In this document: positions 1-13,464 of the stretch, in pieces | Layout of the letters: each line of letters opens with the position of its first letter | How positions within the stretch are numbered: position 1 is the first letter of the stretch | Source of the DNA: Oopsacas minuta | Taxonomy: Eukaryota > Animalia > Porifera | DNA length: 64,000 nucleotides | Reading direction: 5' to 3' | Assembly: GCA_024704765.1 (NCBI GenBank) | Contig: JAKMXF010000088.1 | Coordinates: 1-64,000, forward strand | Notes under the pieces: model-generated | Database searches by the model: none | What the model saw: the letters and a program-made list of their open reading frames with translations, nothing else | Told to the model about the DNA's origin: nothing | Position numbers and translations under genes: made by a program

Positions 1-612
1 ATATACTTCCAGTAGAGACTGTAAAGTACCCTCTGAAAGTAAATGTGTGGAGTATGATGTTATGCTCTGCCATATCAGAATTGCACTTTATTCCACGAGG
101 TAAGACCGTAAATACAGAATATTATGTAGAGGAAATTTTAAAGAAAGCTTTGGTACCTACACTTGAAAGAAAAAAAATGGACCCATTTATACACGAAAAA
201 TGATGAAAAATTTATCCAAGGCCATTTTCCAACAAGATGGGGTGCGCCGGGTCATACCTTTAAAAGAACTCAGAGTGGTGTTTGAAAAACCTTGAAAGTT
301 TTTGCCTAAAGAAGTATGGCTTGCGAATTCGCCGGATTTGAATCCTATAGAAAATCTGTGGGCACTACTCCAAAGTCAACTGGATTCAATGCCCCACGCA
401 ACAAATGAAGAAAGTTTAAGAATCATCTCAAGCTGGGGCCTTCTCGGGTGACGGAGGATGTTTTGACCAATCTTATAGTTCAATGCCAAATAGGGTAAAA
501 TTATGTATTGCTAGCAATGGTGGTTATATAGGAAAGTAGGGAGCATATTACTACACTGCATGAATATTTTTTTGTCCATTCTATATTAAGACGTCAATTG
601 GTTAACACCCTG
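1..612 (+). mobile_element. Tc1/mariner (ITm) element, 3' part of frameshifted transposase plus right TIR; runs off window start
   Basis: Translates as TVKYPLKVNVWSMM...TVNTEYYVEEIL...FQQD(G/A)PGH...WLANSPDLNPIENLW with small frameshifts. Stop TAG at about 537-539. Ends ...CACCCTG followed by TA (613-614). Inverted near-copy of 10663-11276. Confidence 0.93.
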
Positions 613-1303
613 TATGGTCATTTTGAAATTAGGTCATAATTGACTGAGATATGAAATCAAAATGCATTATCAGGGTAAGGGAAGTTGGGTACATAGAACT
701 TATCGCTTCGTATGCTTCAGAGGAATGTATTACTATCAGGGAATAGAATATGGGTATAGAATTCGTGCATTGCTATGTATCAATAATACATACATACAAA
801 TTCGTGGAAAATAAGACATTATGACATTCACGAAAAAATAGATTCCTCCATATATATATGTCAATCAAATATTTTATCGCTAGTCCAAAAAATATTAAGG
901 GCGCTATTGCCTTGTGTATATAAAGTTATGCTTCGCACTAGGTAATGCATTGAAACAATACACACTGTAAGATTTAGGAGTATATTTTACGAATATAGGA
1001 CGAATGATAAGTTTATGTATTTGTTCGCAGTTGAATTAAATACAATCAGGCCTTTTGAAATACAAGATCATCTTACTAAGGTTGTATAACATATATGCAC
1101 TGTTCGGAATAACTTCGGACTTAGCATATCATATGAAGTCATATTTCGCATTTGTATTTGTCGCATTTGATAAAAATTATCACCCAATTCCTGAAAATAA
1201 CTTTAGATTCCTCAAGGGAACGTAACTATGGTTACTATGGTCTCAAAACCTCAAATTAGTCAATTTATGGGAATAATGCTCCAATTAAATTAGAGGGACT
1301 TAC

Positions 1304-1458
1304 TATCCAGCTGAATCATTAAGTTGATACTCATATGATCTACGGCAACATTCTTTAACTCCGTCATCTGCCCATACAGCTTTCAATGCAGACATCACCG
1401 ACTCATCTATCTGGCCACTGGGAAGAATTTCATATGATTTAATTAGATCACCTTTCGT
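1304..1458 (-). CDS. G-protein alpha subunit, exon 4
   Basis: AG acceptor at 1460-1459, GT donor at 1303-1302. 155 nt encode TKGDLIKSYEILPSGQIDESVMSALKAVWADDGVKECCRRSYEYQLNDSAG(Y), the conserved W-x-D-x-G-V...YQLNDSA helical-domain segment. In phase with exon 3. Confidence 0.95.
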
Positions 1459-4005
1459 CTATAGAAATAAATAGAATACATGACTAGTAGGTGTATCAGT
1501 TGCCCCTTTTGATTGAAAACAATTATCGCTCACTATTCATTATGTTTTCTATACGGTAATAATTCATCAAGTAAATTGTTAAATGGAATCCATAGAGGTT
1601 TAGTCCTTTCGCATAAAAATTCAAAATAGTGCCGGTTTAGTGTTTAATGGATACTTCTCAAACACATTTGCAGAAAAAAGTAGTTAGATCATGATTAGAG
1701 TTCTGAAAAATTGGATTTGATAGTTGGGGTTGTTTATGTCTCGGCTAAAAGTACATTTGGATAACCAATGGTGTAGTGCTTAGAATAGGGGTCCATATTC
1801 TATTTGGCTACATTTTAGTGCCCTATACATGCGTGGGACAGGCAATTATCTAGGTGCGCCCCGCGCACCTAGGGGTGCGTGACTTGTAGGAAATATTTAT
1901 GAGGATGCGCGAAATTTAATCTATGGACACTTAGGATCCGTGGTTACCTAACTCTAGACGAAGCCTTGGTTGGAGATCTGTTTTTTTGTGTTTAGTTACG
2001 TACAGCACCGTGTAAAGAGGTTTAGAGTTTTCCATTTTTCAAAATGAACAAATAATATAATGATTTTGTCTAATATCCAAATCACCACTTCAATTTGTGG
2101 ATTTTACAAATAGAGTTAAGTTTGTATGTTGATTTACAATCGACATAACATAAATACCGGGATATATCTCGTTAAACTATTGACTTCCACTAATTACCTG
2201 CGATCATCAGGCTCGAAAATTTTCTATAAATTAACTGAATTAATTATGGACGAGGAGCAGCGTGCAGTTAGAGGATGAGTTTGGCGACTAGCAATTAAGG
2301 TTCGACAAGCCTGGCTTAGAAGATATTCATGAAAACCTTCGGATGAATACTGGAGAAGGGTGCGGGCGAGAGCATGGCGTCCATAAGATCTCAATTTTGT
2401 ATTGCATTCGACGGGAGGGGATCCACAGGATGTGTTAAAATTGGTAAGGCAGTCCACAGGTAAAAGGTTGAGACCGTTACACTAATCAACGTGACCTACA
2501 TAAGTCGCCGGCTATTTTTGGGGCACCTTCTATTTCATTTATTTTTAAGATACAGTAAACTCCCGTTAAAACAAAGTCTGTATTACGAAACTATCGTCAT
2601 AACTCTTAACCAAGGGATTCATTGCCCACCATAGCTCAAAAGAAATTGATATTAATCCGATTTGTGATCGTTCTTGCATGATACGGTTCATCGATTGACG
2701 CGATTATGACTAGTATGTTCCAAACTGTACAAGATTGGTCATCAAAATGTATTATTTACCGACATTAAACCACCCCTCAATTACCCAATTCAAAGATTTC
2801 AAAACTCTATTCATGTTCAAACTTCATTTTCCGTCAGATTGGGTCACTAAATCGGACAAAAGGCACTAAAATCCAGCACCATATTAAAATTCTATTGCGG
2901 TACCACTAATTATTGGATTCCATTCAAAATACTTTGATGAATAAATAATGTAGAGGAAACAAAAAAATAGCGAGCGAAGTACATTTTCAAACAAAAGGGG
3001 CAACTGAGACACCATAGTGTATCCCTAAGCAAGGAATTCTATTCTGAGCCATTCCGTAGCTTGTTGCTTGGTGTATTTAAATGACCATTAATGAAGATAG
3101 ACCCAGTCATAGAGCTAAATATGGTCAATATCACCCTGTCGAAATGGTTCGCAATTATGATGTCATGTTCTTGAATAGAAATGACAATCACTCACTCAGC
3201 TTAAAATAGGCTAATTTCTATATTGTTTTGTTATAAAATATTCTACTTGCTACTATTGGCAGTATAGTCAAACTTGTCTATAACCGCGATCAAAGGGATT
3301 GGCTAAAGTGACCCTGAACTTATGTCCAGGTGTCTGTTTTTACAGGAGACCCTTATACAGAATGGATGGCAAGATCCCACTCCATTGTAAGTCGACGAGG
3401 GTGAAGAACCAAGATTACAGTCAAACTTCAAAGAATCATTTATCATATTTATCTATACATTATGTATATCTAGTAATGTATTGTTAATAAATTGTGATTA
3501 TCCAATTAAATTATAATAAATTGTTAATGTTTTGGACAGGGTGGTCCTAAATCATTAATTATAAAATGTTACATTAGCTTTAGAATAGCACTCAAAGGCA
3601 ATATACCAATTCTTGTAATTCTTAGGATGCTATCTTATCGCATAGACTATTAGGTTTTATGCTAATCTATTTCAATTTAGTTTATATTTTCAACTGTTAT
3701 AATCCTATAGAGCTATAGGGTATATGTACCGTTGAATAGTAGCCATTTAAGCTGCTGAATTGCAATTGGCATCAGAGTCAACAATATGTATTGTACCTAT
3801 ACATTCCATTCTTCGCCAAGTAGACCATCCACTGGGTATCGTAGAACCCCTGATGGGAACAACAAGTCGATTATATTCTGTAAGGGCAATAATTTGATTT
3901 ACTTGGATACCGGGCCCGGTGAAAAATCGCATTCCCGTTCCCGTTCTCAGAAAAATATTGATTCCGGTAGATCACTACCAAGGTATACACAATTAGAAGA
4001 ATTAC

Positions 4006-4098
4006 CTGGTTAACTTTATCAGAATAAGGTATCCCAACATGGTCCATTGCTTTCAATACAGCCCTCATTGATGTAATGAGGTTGTCAATTATAGTAAC
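4006..4098 (-). CDS. G-protein alpha subunit, exon 3
   Basis: ttttAG|GTT...CAG|GTaatt. 93 nt, phase 0/0, encode VTIIDNLITSMRAVLKAMDHVGIPYSDKVNQ, the G-alpha alphaA helix that follows exon 2. Confidence 0.92.
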
Positions 4099-5040
4099 CT
4101 AAAAAGGAAAATCATCATAAAGAACCAGGAAAATAATCTAATAAACATTAAACAGGACATAGAACAAGTAAAACATGGGATGCAACAGATGGTGTGCAAC
4201 TGAAGATCAATCTGTAGAGGCGAGCAACCCAATATTAGGATTTCGTGGCTACACCCTTGGGCGGCTTGTCACACTTTCAGGACTTAAATTCATCAAATCT
4301 AGCACTGCGACAAAATATTCTAAGTCAGGGTTTCTCATTTCCCAACCTATGGTTATAAGACTAAACTTGGCGACATTCTGGTCACAGAGATATATTATGC
4401 CAATTTTGGACTAGTAGATTTTCTATGGACATTTGATCAAAAGTGACTAGACATGATCAAAGCTGAACCCTAAGTCGACTTGGAGGGGTGTAGATACAGA
4501 ATATTATATATTTGGGCCATTGCCAATGGGAAATTGAGAAAATGTGTCCTTTATATTAGCTGAATTATTTCAATTTCTCCTAGTTCTCCCAATTCGCAAA
4601 TTTCCATTACGCAGATACATCAAGAATTGATATTTGTTATCAAAGAACAAGGAATTATGCTATTTTCTGGCTAGTCGAGTATATGTCAATAAAATTCTCT
4701 CAGCATAGCTTCAGGAAACAAGTTAAGAGGCTGTGAACAAAGTATAAGGGATAAAGAAAGAGCTAGTTGATAAAAATACGTCCAAGCATGTTTAGGAAGT
4801 GAACTTGAGTCGAAATAGTGAATAAGATAAAAAAAATCTCCAATTAACGCAATAAATTACTAATTCGGGAAAATCAACATCTCAAAAACTTACTATCGCT
4901 TCCAAGAAAAAAACAAGGGTAACCAAGCATCCGAACTAACCTGGAACAAATACAGCCAAGCGCAAATCCAAAAAACGTTAACCACACAGTGATGCCATTT
5001 ATGGTGAATTTTCTGTCAATTAGAAAATGAATAAACAAGG

Positions 5041-5214
5041 ACAATTACAACCAGTGCCGACAGCTTAGTGCATTGGGTAATTTGTCTAAAGTGGCACTAG
5101 AAATTGGAGGACAATGTATATTTGGTTACATTTTCAATTATAGTGCCTCCAATTACTAGTGCCAATGTAAACAAATTACCCAATGGATTTGCTGTCGGCG
5201 TGGGTTGTAATTGT
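5041..5214. repeat. Foldback MITE (ACAATTACAACC.GTGCCGACAGC family)
   Basis: Near-palindromic 174 bp with ends ACAATTACAACC...GGTTGTAATTGT. Related copies at about 52860-52940 (half) and 58335-58520. Confidence 0.75.
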
Positions 5215-5524
5215 ATATTTTTCCTCGCTCCGCAAAGGATTTTAAATCCATCAAACAATACATATACAATTTACTATGATCATCCAGTCCATATAATGTT
5301 CAATTTTACAGTAATTATAGGTTGACAAAATAATATTAATACAAGGGAATACTGGAGGAGATTCGATCTTTACAAATTCCCCAAGAGTGTCAAATTCGGA
5401 ATCAGCATATTGAATTACGCCTTTTTACTGCCTGGAACAATCTTCTACCATTATTCAAGGTTATATATTCGGGGATATACGTACATATCTTTAAAATTAT
5501 CCATAGCGAATATGAAAATATTTA

Positions 5525-7288
5525 GGAGCGGGTTGCTAGTCCAAATTGGTATGTATGCATTACTCCAAATTTCATATGTTTGCATTAGTCCAAATATCTA
5601 AATCGGCATTAGTCCAAATTTTTGGTGAGGAATATCCAAGTATTTTCCCAATTACCCAGACAAAAACGCATGAATTTTGTAACTGTTCTGGCTCTTCTTC
5701 ATCTACATCGGATTCATAAGAGAGATAAATAATAGAAGATCAACTAAGGAAATGTATTTGTTAATGAGCAGCTAATAGAGTCCAAAAATTCCCATGGACT
5801 ATAAGTCCCAGTCATAAGCTTTTCTTTACAAATATCTCTATACTGCATGTGTTTCTCACGTGTTTCTTCATCGATCTAGTAATGTCTCTCCCTTGTTCCA
5901 ATCGAGAGATTTCATTGTCAGAATCTGCAATTGCGTTATTGAGTGTATCCATAAATTTTCATATTTGCGGGTGACTTGATTTGAATAAGCTTTTTAGATG
6001 TCTCTGCGTGATAGCTCTCCGCTCCATTGTCATTCCATTATCTAATTCAAAAATTGATAACTCACTTGGTTTAACTTGTGTTAACCAGAATCGTTTAAAA
6101 TATTTAAGAAAATCATCGAGTTTTAATCTTTCTATTTCTGGTATGGTTGGAATTTGGAGAATATAGTATGTTAGATGAATTAGACCAATGGAAAGAAGAA
6201 GGGGAGGAGCATGATTTGCCGCACAAATGTTTTACGGTTGATCATATCATGATAACTTAAGGCCAAACCATACTTCTGTATGTTTTTCCATATCGCTTGT
6301 GTATAGTGGAACCAGCATCCATAAAGTATTATTCCTGGATAAGCATACTTGTATACATTTCGTGATCCCTTTCCCAACTAGACATTGTCCTTGTAGGCTG
6401 TAGTTGAGGAATAGGTTCCTTTATCTTGATGATAACCGCGGTATATAGTTCTTCATCTTTATTTGTCATCAGACAATGTATAGCTGAAATAGTGTTTCTT
6501 CCAATTGAAAGAAAATTGTAACCAGTTGATAAAATAGTTTTGGTACAACATGGAATGTGGGATCATATTGAACATCATCGACATCTGCCATAATTTCGCA
6601 TATTTTCTGAGAAGAAGATAACCGGAACTCGCTCCTCCATACATTAGAGATTCACAATCTTTGAATGTGATTTGATGAGCTGCAGGGTCTGCCCGAGTAA
6701 CATCGTTGAATATTTCTCGAAGGTTATCTCTACCTGAGTTTGCCCTTTTCCTGCATTGTATTCTTCTACATCATGGTTATGCTCTGATTTAGGAAATACT
6801 AAATTAACATCGAAGATTAATTTAACAGAGCCTTTGTAACCTTTCCTGAAAATCAGGCATTTTAAGTTAATGTAACTCGCTGTCGGTCTGCTGTTCAAGA
6901 AATATTTGTATCCACCCAGGGGTAGAAACAATTTTACCTCCTTTACGTCGATATTCTTCAATCTTGTATTCCATAAATAATTCGTGTAATTATAATGTGA
7001 AATATAAACATGCCTTTGTAGGAGGCATTGTGTATTCAACCCATATTATTATTATTAACAGTTATATTTGAATACTTTCTGCTAATTACAAAAGTGTCAA
7101 CTTGTTTACGATAAAACCACATTGGGAGATATCACTAAATTATTAATAAGTATTTGTGAATAACAGGGCTTTTGGAAAGAATTCCGAAATCTTTGGACTA
7201 ATACCGATTTTGATATTTGGATTCACGCAAACATCACCAAAAATTTGGACTAATGTATACATACGAATTTGGACTAATGCATCGCCCC
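5525..7288 (-). mobile_element. Mutator-like (MULE) DNA transposon, degraded transposase with FLYWCH-like N-terminus
   Basis: About 100-bp TIRs built of CATTAGTCCAAAT units. 9-bp TSD AAATATTTA/AAATATTTC. Minus-strand fragments: GYKYFLN..LKC..EHNH (FLYWCH-like), DPTFHVVPKLFYQL, YGCWFHYTQAIW. Multiple stops and frameshifts. Confidence 0.88.
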
Positions 7289-7635
7289 AAATATTTCATT
7301 CATAAATATAATAGAAATAATTAAAGCTACCGTTAAATTTAGATATTCAATGAATCCATATTATACACAGCACTAGAAGTACCCATTGCTTAACTAATAA
7401 ATATTCAACATCTAAGAACAATAGAATTATTACCTATGAAATAGTGCTATAAAATGTATATTTTTCATTCACTTTCAGCAAATAACTATAACCAATATAA
7501 AATTCTAGAAGTGTACAAAGGTGTAGAATTTTTTCTCTTTCGATTGCTGTGAAAAATTTGGAACCTTTTTTCACAAAATTTTTGCTAGAGGCCAGACAAA
7601 AGTTTAACCATTATTTCGAGTTAAAATCTTGGTTA

Positions 7636-7790
7636 TAAATGAGTTGGTAAATCAACTCAATATTTTGAATGAGTTGAATGAGTTGAATGAGTTGGTGGCG
7701 CAAAATTAATGAGTTGGTGAATGGAGAGTGAATGAGTTGGTAAACAAAAAAAGATTTTAAGGCAACTCAAAAAGAGCTGATATAGCCCTG
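7636..7790. repeat. AATGAGTTG short tandem array at a MITE end
   Basis: About 6 copies of AATGAGTTG followed by ...GAGCTGATATAGCCCTG, a hAT-like terminus. Confidence 0.55.
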
Positions 7791-10662
7791 TGAGGAACTA
7801 GGTGTATTGGGTTAAATTGAAATATGATAATGCTGTTTAGGATTTCCAGATTTCAAAAACACGGATAAAATTCGTTCGAAGAATCACAGACAGACTGACA
7901 GATTCTAAGGTAATTCATGATATTACAAATACTTATGGTTACTTACCATAAGTATTTGTACTAAAGAACCTAGCGAGCGAGACAAAATTTATAATTTCAG
8001 GTGGAATAGCAATTGATGCTCAGTAAAGTTGGCATCTATGTAATCTAAAATAAATAAATCCCTCAACCCCTTGGGGAAATCTGTGCCAAACTGGGACTCC
8101 AGACATATGGGTCCAAACCCGGAATTTCCGAGTCAAAACCGGATGTTTGGCAACCTTACTGCTGTTGCATGAGATTTTAACTCATACGTATTACCGAGTC
8201 ATGGATCTACTCTTGCTATGATTATTTAAGAGCTATTATATTGTTAGACGGTCCATTTTAGACAGTCTATTGTGTAGCATTAACCCAGGAATTTTCCGGA
8301 CATAGTGAAAAAAATTCCCATATTTGTTGAGGTGGGTTTTTACTTTTCCTAGAGGCCAGACAAAAGTTTGACCAGTGTGAAATAGTAGCAATTGGTGTCC
8401 GATGGATTAGCAAAGGGGAGATTCAAACCCGACAACTATCTTCAATATTTCTCACACCATATATCACCTGAATTTTATCCAGTTTATGCTGCAGGGCTTT
8501 CACGAAGAAAAAAATATAGAAAAAGAACAAATATGGGGAACCATTTCAATACTGGGCCACATTACTAAAGTATAGTCGGCACAGTGAAAAAGGATTGAGA
8601 ATTGAATAAATAAATAACTGTGATAGGCGGGTTATGCGAAAGTGATATTGATTAATGACACCTACCTTTATCAGTCAATTAGTGTTAATAATAAAAGTCT
8701 TATGAATCATAGTATAAGTTTGTACTGAAGCTCAAACTTAGTTAAGCTCGAACTTAGTGCTTAACTTCTTAGTGAATACTGCGACTGGATATGTATATAG
8801 AAGAGATTGGGGTTAGATTCAATCTCATCAAAGATTTAGCCTAAAATATCTTGATGAGCTCTATTTTAAGATAATCAATCTATGATGAATATTCATTAGG
8901 ACTTGGCTAACAAGCAACATAGGTTGCTAGGACTTTTGTATATGCACCTTGCGCTTAGGGGGACTTGTAAATTTAATTATTCCTTCAATTTATATTTCAA
9001 TATACAGAAATTTATAATATTTTCATATTCAATCAACTAATAAGTTCTTAGGAAAATAAACACATTCACTATCATTTAAATTTTGTATGATTAGACTGTA
9101 AATTTTCTATTCCAGTTTATGAAGTGATGTACCATAGCTCTATGCAGTGCGATCTCTAACGATCTGGACCTAACCCCCAGAAAGTTTTATATTTTGCGTG
9201 CCTTCCACGAACTTAGAGGGCATACCTCACGAAATTTGAGATTAACTATGTCTATAAATATATTGCCCCCGTAGTATTCCAGTACCAAGGGCTTGCAAGC
9301 AGGTGGGGTCCAAACTATAGCTAGCTATGTTAATTGTATGACAAGAATGCCCACAAGAATTTTGATAATATGAAGCTTTAAATACATAAATATTTGCATT
9401 AAATTGGTGAGTTAGAACCTACAATTACCGATTTAAGAACACAAAGTAGGACACCACAGTTAAGGGAGTCTCCCAATACTGTACCAGAACCCTCACTAAC
9501 GGTAAATTAGAGGGAACAATGACTATATGTTCATGATAATTATTAAGAATGTTAATAGAATTCAATTTAGTCTGTTACTAGAGTGCCGTCAACACGTTGG
9601 ATGTAGTTCGAAGTCATTATAATGTAAAGGCACATATTTTCCAGGCTGAATTTGGATGGCAAAATTGGCCAAAAAGAGTGGTTGAGGAGGAAAATAATCT
9701 ACAAAAACTAATTCAGATAGGGTTACTTATTATGAACCCGCTTAGTATAATCATACTCATATTATGAACCCAATCGGTGGTCAAAATAAAATCACTACCA
9801 TAGGATTTGCATTGAATCAAGTTCACTAAATATGAAGGTTCATAACAATAAGCGACCGCCCCATGCGACCCTGAGTGTAATAGGTAAATACACCGGCTAG
9901 CTATTTTCGTAAGCTGTATCTGCATAGACACTCAATAGGAATAGAAAATTTACATTCCAACTATAATAAATTCTAAAATAATAATATCGGAAAAAGTATG
10001 TGGGAAATAATAACAGAATTTCTTCGCTTGCTAAGTAGCTACGCGACAGTTTAGTGCCTCAGGTTAGCTTAATTATCAAACAGCTACAATTCACGATGCT
10101 TTTGGTGGCCACGCGATCGGGTATACTAGGCACTAAGTGCCGCGATGTTAATTTTAATTTTAATCATCCATGATCCATAAAATTCCATTAAATTGCCTTT
10201 GGGAGTATAATGGGACTGATACATGGTTTTGATTTGTAATCTGGGGACTTCGTGTCTCGAGTATTATGAAATTCTCAAAAATTTGGAAATTTGGAGAATT
10301 TTCATATTTTGGTATAGTTATGATGACGTACGGTGCTAATCCAATGATGAGTCACCCTTAATCCAAAACATGACGTCTGGACATTTGGCATATTGGGTTC
10401 CTGTTATCCAAATTTCATGACTTCTATCAGGCATATTTGCTGTGCAGTGGCTAATAATGCATGATTTTTCGTAAATCCAAAAGGGGGACAATGACAACAT
10501 AATTTCGCCATACTTGTGAATTTTTGCCCAAGACTTGAATTGTACGAGCCAGCCCCAAAAGACCCCTTACGTTCGGAATTTCAGCTTTGTGGATCCTAGA
10601 GGTTCTTCTATCAAATCCGAATACCGACATATATACATACATTAATTGTGATTGATAGTATA

Positions 10663-11997
10663 CAGGGTGAGAAACAATTGATGTCGTAATATAGAATGGA
10701 CAAATAAAACATATTCTTGCAGTGTAGTAATATGCTCCCTACTTTCCTATATAACCACCATTGCTAGCAATACATAATTTTACCCTATTTGGCATTGAAC
10801 TATAAGATTGGTCAAAACATCCTCCGTCACCCGAGAAGGCCCCAGCTTGAGATGATTCTTAAACTTTCTTCATTTGTTGCGTGGGGCATTGAATCCAGTT
10901 GACTTTGGAGTAGTGCCCACAGATTTTCTATAGGATTCAAATCCGGCGAATTCGCAAGCCATACTTCTTCAGGCAAAAACTTTCAAGGTTTTTCAAACAC
11001 CACTCTGAGTTCTTTTAAAGGTATGACCCGGCGCACCCCATCTTGTTGGAAAATGGCCTTGGATAAATTTTTCATCATTTTTCGTGTATAAATTGGTCCA
11101 TTTTTTTTCTTTCAAGTGTAGGCACCAAAGCTTTCTTTAAAATTTCCTCTACATAATATTCTGTATTTACGGTCTTACCTCGTGGAATAAAGTGCAATTC
11201 TGATATGGCAGAGCATAACATCATACTCCACACATTTACTTTCAGAGGGTACTTTACAGTCTCTACTGGAAGTATATTATCTCATTTCCGAACCTACACT
11301 CGGTTATTTTGCCTATTTGGAGTATGCTAAAGTTGAAATGGTAATTCATCTGAAAATAGTATTCGTTTCCATTCTTCCACACTCCAGTTCTTCCTCTCTT
11401 GGCAGAATTTTACACGGGCTTTTCTGAGAATTGGTTAACTTTGACTGTTTGTGTGGTTTATAAGGAGTAGCCTTCAAACTTTTCAAATAATTCAATACAG
11501 TACTTGAGAAAACTGCTACTATGCCTCTGCTTCTCAAATTCTTTGTCAATATCTTAGTTGATTTTTGAGGTCTGGAAAGCGATTTAGCAATTATGATTTT
11601 CGCTGCTTTGGATAGGGAATGTTTTCAACCACGTCCAGGTTTGTTTCTCAACGATTTACCATCTCTGGAAAGTGCCCAGCAACGCTGTGTTGTGCGTCAA
11701 TTAATCTTCAGAGCATGAGAAACTTTCGTTTAAGACATGCCTGCTATAATCATACCAATTGCACGATTTCGGACATCAATAGCGTATTCGGTAACCATGG
11801 AAACACTAAAGAAAGCTAGGAATTAATATTCCTGGGTAAAGAAGAATATCAGCTAATATCAACTAGAATACTAATTATGAATTCATGAAGCATATACAAA
11901 ATAAATTTTAATTCAGATTATCATGATTCAATCGTCTAGAATGGTTACTTAATTACAGAAAATATCTATATTACGACATGAATTTTTGAACACCCCG
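10663..11997 (-). mobile_element. Full-length but dead Tc1/mariner element (1335 bp), DD37E-like transposase pseudogene at 10739-11798
   Basis: TA at 10661-2 and 11998-9. Imperfect TIRs CAGGGTGAGAAACAATTGATGTCGTAATATAG and CTATATTACGACATGAATTTTTGAACACCCCG. ATG at 11798 (MVTEYAIDVRNRAIGMI, HTH). FSDE, FQQD and SPDLNPIE motifs present, with several stops and frameshifts. Confidence 0.93.
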
Positions 11998-12524
11998 TAG
12001 ATAGATTAATTGCGTCTTAATAGAATAGATAAACTTTCGAAACTCAAGCCCGTTAGGAGGGTAAATTGATAGTGAATATGTTTATTTTCTAAAAATCTCA
12101 AAAGTAGATTGACATATAATATTACAAAAACTTCGTTCATTTGAGATATAAAATGAAGGAATAATTTAATTAAATGTCCCTCCTCCTAGGTTACTATATA
12201 CAAAAGTCCTAGCAACCCAGGTCGCTGGTTAGACAAGCCCTATCCATAATACCCAAAATCGTATCAAAATCTCCAATTTCCAATTATTTTATACTTAGTA
12301 CTGATTAGTGTGCCAAAACAAGCTTAAATCGTGCAGATATCTTCGGTGAACATAGTTATATATTTTGTGTATTGATATTATTCAAAGCAAGTAGAAGGTG
12401 ATCGTATACCGTATACAAATTTTGATCAATAAATTTAGTCTAAAGTTTGATGACCTCCTCTTTTAATACATCTAAAATTGATGAACTCGTTAAAGGACAT
12501 GAACAGCATCCATGGTATAGTATA

Positions 12525-13440
12525 CAGTCAGGGGACAAAAGTATTCGAACACGCAAATATATTGTCATAAATTGTATACTCTTTCCCGCTCCTATATATT
12601 GTATAGTCTATATTCGTAGCTGCAATCTAGTAATTTGTATAGAATAATATATGTTTTACAAGAATTTCAAAAAAATATTTTCGATTTACACTTTTTGAAG
12701 GTGTTAATTATGAATAATTATTAGATAATTATTGATAATCAAAATATGTGGTAATTCAAAGCCTATTAAGAATCTATAATTTCTGACTTGATATTTGAAT
12801 TCTACGTAGGCGAGTTACCCCAGATTGAAATTTCCAATCGGATTGAACAATTTTTACCAAAGTTATAGAAGAATTTCAATTTGTGCCATTTGTGCCACCT
12901 TTTGCCCAAGGTGGCACAAGTGGCCGCTACCAAGAGGTTATTTTGGAATTCAAGGGTTAGCATAGTCATATCATTCGAAAATATTACTTCGACTTATTCC
13001 TCCTAACCCTAGTTGATTTCCTTGTAGTGGCGCTTTTTCCTGCCACCTGTGCCACTTTTTGAAAAAAGTGGTACAAGTGGGACAAATTGAAATTCTTCTA
13101 TAACTTTGGTAAAAATTGTTCAACCGATTGGAAATTCCAATCTGGGATAACTCGCCTACGTAGAATTCAAATATCAAGTCAGAAATTATAGATTCTTAAT
13201 AGGCTTTGAATTACCACATATTTTGATTATCAATAATTATCTAATAATTATTAATAATTAACACCTTCAAAAAGTGTAAATCGAAAATATTTTTTTGAAA
13301 TTCTTGTAAAACATATATTATTCTATACAAATTACTAGATTGCAGCTACGAATATAGACTATACAATATATAGGAGCGGGAAAGAGTATATAATTTATGA
13401 CAATATATTTGCGTGTTCGAATACTTTTGTCCCCTGACTG
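12525..13440. mobile_element. Foldback MITE (916 bp) with about 360-bp near-perfect TIRs and TA TSD (Tc1/mariner-type)
   Basis: TA|CAGTCAGGGGACAAAA...TTTTGTCCCCTGACTG|TA. Arms 12525-~12885 and ~13080-13440 are reverse complements. No coding capacity. Confidence 0.92.
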
Positions 13441-13464
13441 TATATATATATATATATATATATA
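13441..13464. repeat. (TA)12 microsatellite
   Basis: Direct read; starts at the right TA target site of the foldback MITE. Confidence 0.97.

Noticed and set aside
1849-1880. GC hairpin CTAGGTGCGCCCCGCGCACCTAG as a Helitron 3' end or terminator
   Set aside because: No matching 5' end or Rep/helicase remnant. Similar GC hairpins occur in many MITE ends here.
3797-3877. Cryptic 81-nt phase-0 exon ending in TAG (possible poison exon) in G-alpha intron 3
   Set aside because: Splice signals like these arise by chance in AT-rich introns. The peptide has no G-alpha similarity, and exon 3 joins exon 4 perfectly without it.
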